Shown here piece after piece: positions 16,368 through 23,347 of a DNA stretch of 24,000 nt (position 1 is the first letter of the stretch; every line of letters begins with the position of its first letter). A program made the position numbers and the translations under genes. The notes beneath the pieces are model-generated. The model worked only from the letters and a program-made list of their open reading frames with translations. It was not told the origin of the DNA and ran no database searches. This DNA is from Candidatus Saccharimonadota bacterium. Its GTDB lineage: Bacteria; Patescibacteriota; Saccharimonadia; Saccharimonadales; JACDBH01. The DNA lies in NCBI GenBank assembly GCA_043743105.1, contig JAYTXD010000011.1:1-24000 (forward strand), given 5' to 3'.

Positions 16368-16910
16368 GGACTTACGCAAAATCGCTCGTTCCCAGGGTAA
16401 ATATGGCCGAGTGAAAACTGTTTTATCTGAATAAGATGTATCTATAGATACCTAGAGAGAAGAAAAACAGTTTTCACTATGGTCAGATTTGGCCTAGGGG
16501 TGAGTGAGCTTTGCGTAAGTCCAGTAAATTGCAATAAACTGAAAGAGTCTCCAGAGGGGGTGGGCACCGCTGGAGACTCTTTCAGGAGACAAATTGCACG
16601 AGACAATTTATCTCCGCTTTAAAAAACACCCTTCAACCCACCTTGAAGGCCTCCCCACACCATAGGCGTTGATGAAGTATTCTCGTAAATACACTTCATC
16701 CGCGCGTATAGTGTGGGGCCCACTCGAGGTTTTCCGACATATCGCTCTTAGCCTCAAAAAAACGAGGGAGGAATGCGGGGTTAAAGGGGTTAGTCCGCTC
16801 TAGAACGCTCACACTTCTAAAGGAGTGCGCAGCCAGATAAGTGGAGGGTAACAACTTGATCTGACACGTTCTAAAACAGCTAACAATCTATCTGATATAA
16901 CTCAGATAGA
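16368..16910 (+). ncRNA. Candidate large structured RNA, or a cluster of RNA elements, of unknown family
   Basis: No ORF of 60 aa or more in any frame.
- H1, 16368-16522: perfect sub-stems of 13 bp and 14 bp plus an apical palindrome at 16438-16451.
- H2, 16539-16585: 16-bp perfect stem with the 15-nt loop AGGGGGTGGGCACCG.
- H3, 16585-16615.
- H4, 16630-16649.
- H5, 16653-16718: about 23 bp.
- H6, 16887-16910: 9-bp stem.

Five G-T wobbles in H1 work only in the plus-strand fold, which is the basis for the strand call. Confidence 0.4.
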
Positions 16911-17024
16911 CGTTAAATAGGGGTATAAGGTACATAAATCTCTTAAAGAGACTCACGGATTGCTATTTTAGCAAACTTATGACATTATGTCAATACTTAA
17001 ATACATTCGAGGGTTATTGTCAAT

Positions 17025-17873
17025 ATGCTAACGCTTACCGTACCAGATATACCAACCGACTTGCTGCATCTCGCGCAACCCGTTCAGAGGCTCCATGTTA
17101 TTGGAACTACATTTGACAATCTTATGAAACGCCCTAGGTTGGCAATTGTTGGAAGCCGCAAAATAACTCCATATGGCAGAGGTGTTACCGAGAGCCTTGC
17201 CAGCGGACTCGCAAGTAAAGGCGTCGTTATAGTGAGTGGGCTAGCCTTGGGCACCGATTCGATAGGACATAAGGCCTGCATCGACGCGGGCGGCCAAACA
17301 ATTGCTGTTCTGCCATCAGGCCCAGAAAAAATTTATCCCAGTATACATACCAATCTTGCCAAACAAATTGTGCAGACAGGTGGAGTGGTAGTCACAGAAT
17401 ATGACGGCACCTATCAACCGCACGTCTATGATTTTCTAAAACGCAACCGCATTGTAGCGGCATTAAGTGACGGCGTGTTAGTAACAGAAGCTGCTGCACG
17501 CAGCGGCACCCTAAACACAGCCAACCACGCGCTAGAGCTAGGGAAGCCCGTTTTTGCTGTACCTGGCAATATTACCAGCCCCTTGAGCGCTGGATGTAAT
17601 AATCTTATTAAAGCAGGCGCCATCCCAGTAACATGCGTACAAGACATATTGGATGCACTTGAGTGGCAAGACCTTGGTGCTGCGCCCAAAAAAGTACATG
17701 GTGAAACCGAAGAAGAATCTGCTATTATTGCACTTTTGGAGCAGGGCGTAACAGATGGAGCCCTCATGCTTCATAAAAGTGGGCTACAGCCGAGTCGTTT
17801 TAATCAAGCGCTCACTATGCTTGAGATTACAGGACGGATTCGCCCCACCGGAGCCAACCATTGGTCACTCTAA
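17025..17873 (+). CDS. dprA: DNA processing protein DprA (Rossmann-like domain plus C-terminal winged helix)
   Basis: LAIVGSRKITPYG, VIVSGLALGTDSIGHKACIDAGGQTIAVLPSG and SGTLNTANHALELGKPVFAVPG are canonical DprA motifs. Confidence 0.9.
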   Translation: MLTLTVPDIPTDLLHLAQPVQRLHVIGTTFDNLMKRPRLAIVGSRKITPYGRGVTESLASGLASKGVVIVSGLALGTDSIGHKACIDAGGQTIAVLPSGPEKIYPSIHTNLAKQIVQTGGVVVTEYDGTYQPHVYDFLKRNRIVAALSDGVLVTEAAARSGTLNTANHALELGKPVFAVPGNITSPLSAGCNNLIKAGAIPVTCVQDILDALEWQDLGAAPKKVHGETEEESAIIALLEQGVTDGALMLHKSGLQPSRFNQALTMLEITGRIRPTGANHWSL

Positions 17874-17890
17874 CTACACCAGCAAGCTAA

Positions 17891-17959
17891 ACTCGGGCTT
17901 ACGCGAGACTACCGAGCCGTCTGACACTGCTCGGCACACTATTTTGCGTAAGCCCGAGT
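17891..17959 (+). other. Compound hairpin immediately downstream of dprA (14-bp perfect outer stem, 6-bp inner stem)
   Basis: ACTCGGGCTTACGC (17891-17904) pairs perfectly with GCGTAAGCCCGAGT (17946-17959). Inner stem CCGAGC (17912-17917) / GCTCGG (17929-17934). No 3' U-tail, so it is not a canonical intrinsic terminator. Confidence 0.6.
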
Positions 17960-17977
17960 AAACTTCCCAAAAGTAAG

Positions 17978-17986
17978 TGATACACT
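17978..17986 (+). promoter_or_regulatory. Extended -10 element (TGaTACACT) 8 nt upstream of the ATG at 17995
   Basis: The sequence reads agTGaTACACTgcatatatATG. No SD sequence. Confidence 0.4.
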
Positions 17987-17994
17987 GCATATAT

Positions 17995-18171
17995 ATGAAA
18001 GCGCTTATTTTTATTGGCATCACCATTGGTGGTGTTATTGGTGGCCTATTAGGTCAAAAAATCGACAAAGGTAACGCCCTGGGCGCTTGGAGCCTGTTAC
18101 TTGGCGGGTTAGTTGGCCCGCTCATAGGGCTCTGGGCTGGGTACAAAGCTAGCAAATTCATGTCCGAGTAA
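17995..18171 (+). CDS. Small Gly-rich two-helix membrane protein (58 aa)
   Basis: MKALIFIGITIGGVIGGLLG...AWSLLLGGLVGPLIGLWAGY gives two hydrophobic Gly-zipper-like helices. I prefer ATG 17995 to the GTG at 17977 because of the promoter geometry. The resemblance to GlsB/YeaQ/YmgE-type proteins is only loose. Confidence 0.55.
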   Translation: MKALIFIGITIGGVIGGLLGQKIDKGNALGAWSLLLGGLVGPLIGLWAGYKASKFMSE

Positions 18172-18289
18172 AAAAACGCTGTATAATTTGCATTCGGGTT
18201 GAATATAAGGTAGGGTACATCTTTGTCGACCTAAAATATATTAAGGTAATGACAATACATATTATTTTGATAGACTAAAGAAACTAAAC

Positions 18290-20578
18290 ATGAGCAAAAA
18301 CCTCGTTATCGTTGAATCACCAGCCAAAGCCAAGACTATAGAAAAGTACTTGGGCAAAGACTATACCGTCAAAAGCAGTTTTGGCCATATTCGTGATTTA
18401 CCAAAAAAGGGCTTAAGTATTGATAAAACCAATGACTTTGCACCTACGTACGAGATTAGCCCAGAAAAAATGAAGGTTGTTGCCGAACTTAAAAAACTAG
18501 CCAAGGGGGCAGAAGTCTGGCTCGCTACCGATGAAGACCGCGAAGGAGAGGCGATAGCCTGGCACCTTGCTATGGCGCTTGGCCTTGATACCAAAAAAAC
18601 TAAACGTATTGTCTTCCACGAAATTACTAAACCAGCTATTTTGGCCGCTATCGCAAACCCCCGCCTCATCGATTTACATCTCGTGGATGCCCAGCAGGCT
18701 CGCCGTGTACTTGACCGCTTAGTAGGCTACGAATTATCTCCCGTCTTATGGAAAAAGGTCCGTGCCGGCCTTAGTGCAGGCCGCGTACAATCAGTCGCCG
18801 TACGTCTTATTGTCGAGCGCGAACGTGCCATTGCCGCGCACCAAGCCGAAAGCAGCTACAAAGTCATTGGCGATTTTTTAAGCGCTAAAGACAGTTTTAG
18901 TGCCGAGCTCGATACCAAGCCAAACACTATCGAAGAAGCGCAGAAGTTCCTCCAAAGCTGTATCGGCGCAACCTACACAGTTAAAAGTGTTATCAAAAAG
19001 CCTGGCAGCCGTAACCCTGGAGCGCCATTTATTACCTCAACCTTGCAACAAGAAGCCGCCCGCCGCTTAGGCTTTTCAGTTCGCCAGACTATGTCAGTTG
19101 CTCAGCGACTATACGAAAGTGGACATATCACCTACATGCGTACCGACAGCACCATTCTATCGAGCCTCGCAATTAACGCTGCCGAAAGCTATATCATCAA
19201 GCAATTTGGTGACAAATATCACACCTGGCGCCAATTCAAGACCAAAAATTCTAGTGCTCAAGAGGCCCACGAAGCAATCCGCCCAACCGACTTTAATACC
19301 GAGGTAGCCGGTGAAGATAATCAGCAAAAGAAGCTTTACAAGCTTATTTGGCAACGCGCACTTAGTAGTCAAATGGCCCCCGCTATTACCGATAAAACAG
19401 ATGTCAACATAACCATCTCAAACCGCCCAGAAACATTTACCGCTAAAGGCGAAATAATGGTGTTTGACGGCTTTCTACGCGTCTATGGTGGCGGCAAGGA
19501 CGATAGCCTCCTGCCAGACACTTATGAGGGTCAGAGCCTCCAGAACGAGCGTATATCTGCCACAGAGACCTTTAGCCGTGCACCGGCTCGCTATTCTGAA
19601 GCTTCACTCGTGAAAGCGATGGAAGAGATGGGTATTGGCCGTCCAAGCACCTACGCGCCGACAATTTCTACCATACAAGACAGGGGTTACATCGAAAAAC
19701 AAGATCTCGATGGAAACGAACGCGAAGTACGCAGCGCCGTTTTAACACGTGCAGAAATCACAACCGACACTATCAAAGAGCTTTATGGCGCCGACCGAGG
19801 CAAACTGATGCCCACTCCTGTCGCCGGAGTAACTACCGACTTCTTAACCAAGTACTTTGGAGCTATAGTTGACTACAATTTTACAATCAAGGCCGAAAAA
19901 GAGTTTGATGACATAGCTGACGGCAAAACCGCCTGGAATAAAATGATCAGCGAGTTTTATAACGACGACTTTAAGCCACTTATTAAAGCATCAGCTGATG
20001 TAACGCGCGCCGAAACCTCACAGTCTCGTACTTTAGGAATCGATCCAAAGAGCCAGAAGCCTATTATGGTTCGTTTCGGCCGTTATGGCCCGATGTTGCA
20101 AAAAGGTGAGACCTCCAATGAAGAAAAGCCAGCCTTTGCTCCACTGCCCAAAGAGACCACTATAGAAAACGTTACACTCGAACAAGCTCTCCCAATGTTT
20201 GACATGCCACGTCTAATTGGCAAAACTGAGGATGGCAAAGATATTTTAGGTAACATAGGTCGTTTTGGCCCATATATCCAAGTAGACAAATTATTTGTGT
20301 CGCTTAAAGAGCACGATCCGCTAACTATTACCGAGTCCGAAGCGCGTGAGCAATATGCTGAAAAACTGATACAAATTGCCGAGCGTAACATAGCCGACTT
20401 TGGTAAAATCAAGATTCTTAGAGGTCCATATGGCCCATATATTACAGACGGCCAAAAAAATGCTCGTATCGCAAAAGACATAGACCCAACACAGCTTACT
20501 GAAGCCGACGCCAAAAAAATGCTCGACGAAGCACCTATTAAAAAACGTTTTACTAAGCGCCGCCCTACTAAAAAATAA
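18290..20578 (+). CDS. topA: DNA topoisomerase I (type IA) with a cysteine-free C-terminal repeat domain and a basic tail
   Basis: Toprim start LVIVESPAKAKTIEKYLG, DEDREGE, and the active-site region GHITYMRTDS. The C-terminus has three G(R/P)(Y/F)GPY-type repeats (FGRYGPM, GRFGPYI, RGPYGPYI), no Cys at all, and ends KKRFTKRRPTKK. Confidence 0.95.
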   Translation: MSKNLVIVESPAKAKTIEKYLGKDYTVKSSFGHIRDLPKKGLSIDKTNDFAPTYEISPEKMKVVAELKKLAKGAEVWLATDEDREGEAIAWHLAMALGLDTKKTKRIVFHEITKPAILAAIANPRLIDLHLVDAQQARRVLDRLVGYELSPVLWKKVRAGLSAGRVQSVAVRLIVERERAIAAHQAESSYKVIGDFLSAKDSFSAELDTKPNTIEEAQKFLQSCIGATYTVKSVIKKPGSRNPGAPFITSTLQQEAARRLGFSVRQTMSVAQRLYESGHITYMRTDSTILSSLAINAAESYIIKQFGDKYHTWRQFKTKNSSAQEAHEAIRPTDFNTEVAGEDNQQKKLYKLIWQRALSSQMAPAITDKTDVNITISNRPETFTAKGEIMVFDGFLRVYGGGKDDSLLPDTYEGQSLQNERISATETFSRAPARYSEASLVKAMEEMGIGRPSTYAPTISTIQDRGYIEKQDLDGNEREVRSAVLTRAEITTDTIKELYGADRGKLMPTPVAGVTTDFLTKYFGAIVDYNFTIKAEKEFDDIADGKTAWNKMISEFYNDDFKPLIKASADVTRAETSQSRTLGIDPKSQKPIMVRFGRYGPMLQKGETSNEEKPAFAPLPKETTIENVTLEQALPMFDMPRLIGKTEDGKDILGNIGRFGPYIQVDKLFVSLKEHDPLTITESEAREQYAEKLIQIAERNIADFGKIKILRGPYGPYITDGQKNARIAKDIDPTQLTEADAKKMLDEAPIKKRFTKRRPTKK

Positions 20579-20710
20579 CTAACTCACGTAATAAAATACA
20601 CTTATCCACAACATGGACAGGGGAGAATTTTGTTTTATGCCAATATTGCCACAAACCGTTTGTGCATTGAGCGCCATTCGATGCTACAATAACTTTGAAA
20701 TACTACAGTA

Positions 20711-20739
20711 TTGACATTTTAAAATTAAACTGTTAAAAT
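20711..20739 (+). promoter_or_regulatory. Near-consensus sigma70-type promoter: TTGACA, 17 nt spacer, TAAAAT
   Basis: TTGACA at 20711-20716, a 17-nt spacer, TAAAAT at 20734-20739. This predicts a leader of about 48 nt before ATG 20794. A second TGtTATAAA lies at 20742-20750. Confidence 0.5.
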
Positions 20740-20793
20740 ATTGTTATAAAGGTGTTAAAACCTACATATTTATAAAGAAAGCGAGAAATACAG

Positions 20794-21828
20794 ATGACAG
20801 ATACTACCACAGCGACTTTACCGATCGAATCTGTTGTTAAAGACGTCTTAAACACTATCGAACGTGAACGTGAGCGTGAAATCGTTTCTCGTCGTTTTGG
20901 ACTCTTTGACCGCCGTGAGACCCTAGAACAGATTGGTGAGCTACTCGGCATTACCCGCGAACGTGTTCGTCAGCTCGAAAAATCCGCAGTCACCAAATTG
21001 CAGGGTAGTGCAAGCAAAGGCGACATGCCACATATTATTGCTATCCAAGAAACTATCGTCCAAGAACTCCTTGGGATGGGCAAGGTAGCCCGTGTCAGCG
21101 ACCTTAGTGCAAAACTTTCAAATGACAACAACAAGCTGGACCAATCTCGCGTATCGTTTATTGCAATGCTGTGCCCAAAGCTCGCTGTTATCGACGAAAA
21201 TGACAGCTTTTACCACGCCGTTGGTATTGCTAGCGAACACACCGAAAAAGCTATCAAAGAGCAAGTTGGGGCAGTTGTTGAGTCTATCAAAAAAATTGGT
21301 GAACCAACCACGCCTGAAACAATTGCCGAGAAGGTCAGCGACCAAAATGTTGCGCATGTTAAAGCACTCGCTAGCGTCAGCAAACTTGTTGCCACCCTCA
21401 ATGGCCGCTGGGGCCTCACCAAATGGCCTATGGTCAATCCAAAGAACATTCGTGACAAGATCTACGTAATCTTGTTTGAAAGCGGCAAACACATGCATTT
21501 TAATGATATTGCCGCCAGTATCAAAGATTCAGCTTTCAAACGTAAAGACGTCACCACCCAGGCTATTCATAACGAGCTTATCAAAGATGATCGTTTTGTC
21601 CTTATTGGGCGCGGAATTTATGCACTCAAGGAATGGGGTTATAAAAAGGGAACTGTTGCCGATATCATCACCGAAGTCCTTAAAAAGGCCAATGAACCAC
21701 TCCACCGAGACGAAATTGTCAAACGTGTTCTAAAGAACCGCTATGTTAAAGAAACCACAATTCTTTTGAACCTGCAAGGCAAGTCACAGTTCAAGCGCGT
21801 CGCCAAAGCCACTTACGCTTTAGCCTAA
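20794..21828 (+). CDS. Sigma-70 region-4-like HTH protein followed by three HARE-HTH-like modules
   Basis: REREIVSRRFGL...TLEQIGELLGITRERVRQLEKSAVTKL is a region-4 type HTH. It is followed by ...LNGRWGLTKWP, ...DDRFVLIGRGIYALKEWGY and ...FKRVAKATYALA, which resemble the RNAP delta / HARE-HTH signature. Confidence 0.75.
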   Translation: MTDTTTATLPIESVVKDVLNTIEREREREIVSRRFGLFDRRETLEQIGELLGITRERVRQLEKSAVTKLQGSASKGDMPHIIAIQETIVQELLGMGKVARVSDLSAKLSNDNNKLDQSRVSFIAMLCPKLAVIDENDSFYHAVGIASEHTEKAIKEQVGAVVESIKKIGEPTTPETIAEKVSDQNVAHVKALASVSKLVATLNGRWGLTKWPMVNPKNIRDKIYVILFESGKHMHFNDIAASIKDSAFKRKDVTTQAIHNELIKDDRFVLIGRGIYALKEWGYKKGTVADIITEVLKKANEPLHRDEIVKRVLKNRYVKETTILLNLQGKSQFKRVAKATYALA

Positions 21829-21880
21829 AAATGAATACAAAATACGAACAAGGTATGTGCACGTATATTTATGCAAATAT

Positions 21881-21979
21881 GGCCCATGGGATGATCAAAA
21901 GCTAAAAACTTAATCTGTAGGCAGGGATGCATAAAATACAAAAATAAAACGGGAACTTAGGCCCAGAGGATGATCAGAA
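21881..21979 (+). repeat. Pair of 20-nt direct repeats (GGCCCAnnGGATGATCAnAA) with starts 79 nt apart
   Basis: ggcccatgggatgatcaaaa (21881-21900) and ggcccagaggatgatcagaa (21960-21979) match in 17 of 20 positions. Confidence 0.5.
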
Positions 21980-22435
21980 TCAAGCCAACAAAAGAGCATA
22001 GAGCAATAGTAACATAACGTCGTACAATGTATATTTTGCGACTTAGTTATTACTTCAAAAGAGGATTACCTATGCCTTTACAACAGGGGTGTAGCAGCCG
22101 TCTGTCTCTGTCAATGCCTTCATCACACGTCGTATACTTAGTTAAATTTACATGCCCATAAAAACACTGCTTGTTTTATGAACTCACACTACTTATACAC
22201 ATACCGCTACAAATATTTGCTTTTTATGTATAATGCTCCTGTTATATGCTTTTCACGCACATTTCACGCTAAAAAATTTTGTGCCACTCCCCCTGCCTTA
22301 CTTCCCTGTTTTAGCTATTTGCATTTCTGCATTTTTATATTAATATATATAGTTTAATAAATAGTATGAATATAATAAACATTTTACGAACAAGCAGGGA
22401 GCAGCAGTGGGGGACTCCGTATCACCCACTAATAC

Positions 22436-23347
22436 CTACTTTAAAAATAACTTTTCTTCAACCCGCACATCAATATACTCTGTAGGGTTAGTACTGCTAT
22501 CTCTTACCGTCAAAAAGCCCCCTATCTGTACGCGAGCGTTCCCTGAGCTATCAGTCTTAATGTAATACGGCATATCTTTTATTCGTACATCTACTTCGTT
22601 ACCACCTGTCGGAATTGTAAGCCCAGAAATGATAAGTTGTTTTGCCTTTAGCTGGGCAGCAATATTGGTAATAAAAGCTATAGTTTCGCTGGTTAGTGCT
22701 TGATCGCCCACATGTAGCACAAGACCACTTTGATCTTGTGCTGTTAACAGACCGCTAGTTAAGCTACTAAGGAGTTGTTTTGCTTCTGCAACAATGCGAC
22801 CATTATTGTCCAGAACAAAAGCATTGGTCTTTGTAGTCAAAATAAGTGCTGGTTTACGCATATGTAGCGTCACTATCAGGCGTCGACCAATAATAGGTAG
22901 ACCAACCGTAGCTATATCAAGCTCAGGAAAGGTTTTAACAATTGCTTCCTGGGTCGTAGCGGTGTTTAACGTTACTTTACTCTTATTCTTGACCGATGAT
23001 TCAAGAATCTTAGTAATGCCTACTTTGTATTCAGCCGCCGTACGATACATCGATGCTTCACCTACAAAAATAATCCCCGGCGTCGTTGATAATGTTGTAC
23101 TGTATACTACACTTACTAAAATAGCGCTTGCAGCAATAAGAGTCGGAACCAGTCGTAGACGCTGCCACAATGCTCGCTTTTGATCGGTAAGTTGCCGTGC
23201 TCGGATGCTGTCCTCAGTACGAGGCGTGTCATTACCATAATAGGTTGGCTTGGGGCGACTAATCACACGCGTAACGGGTGAGCGCCTTGCCTGCTCTGAT
23301 TTTTTATGCTTTAGGATCTTAAGCGCCACTGTCCTGCTCCACCCCAA
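22436..23347 (-). CDS. ftsQ: Cell division protein FtsQ/DivIB-like (TM helix plus POTRA-type domain)
   Basis: A basic N-terminal tail, one TM helix (LVPTLIAASAILVSVVY), a POTRA-like region and the conserved position directly downstream of murG. The listed start overlaps the murG stop by 29 nt, so the start is uncertain. Confidence 0.7.
   Translation of the reverse strand: MGWSRTVALKILKHKKSEQARRSPVTRVISRPKPTYYGNDTPRTEDSIRARQLTDQKRALWQRLRLVPTLIAASAILVSVVYSTTLSTTPGIIFVGEASMYRTAAEYKVGITKILESSVKNKSKVTLNTATTQEAIVKTFPELDIATVGLPIIGRRLIVTLHMRKPALILTTKTNAFVLDNNGRIVAEAKQLLSSLTSGLLTAQDQSGLVLHVGDQALTSETIAFITNIAAQLKAKQLIISGLTIPTGGNEVDVRIKDMPYYIKTDSSGNARVQIGGFLTVRDSSTNPTEYIDVRVEEKLFLK

Noticed and set aside
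16285-17024. That the structured region is RNase P RNA, tmRNA, SRP RNA or 6S RNA.
   Set aside because: By eye there is no GAGGAAAGUCC-type P4 strand. There is no tRNA-like 3' end (GGUUCGA T-loop plus CCA) or tag reading frame ending in hydrophobic residues. There is no SRP helix-8 motif, and H1 lacks the large central bubble of 6S RNA. This rests on visual inspection only, so a covariance-model scan is still needed.
17755-17961. A 68-aa plus-strand ORF overlapping the dprA 3' end and the downstream hairpin.
   Set aside because: It overlaps dprA out of frame, and its second half is the 14-bp-stem hairpin. There is no RBS or promoter signal.
20602-20610. A perfect DnaA-box 9-mer TTATCCACA in the gap between topA and the HTH protein gene, as a possible replication origin.
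   Set aside because: It is a single perfect copy, and roughly 0.2 are expected by chance on both strands of 24 kb. There is no cluster of boxes, no adjacent AT-rich unwinding element, and no dnaA or dnaN nearby.
22072-22161. A 29-codon ORF (MPLQQGCSSRLSLSMPSSHVVYLVKFTCP) with AAGAGGA 6 nt upstream.
   Set aside because: It is too short and compositionally unremarkable to call as a gene from sequence alone. It is mentioned only as part of the unexplained gap.
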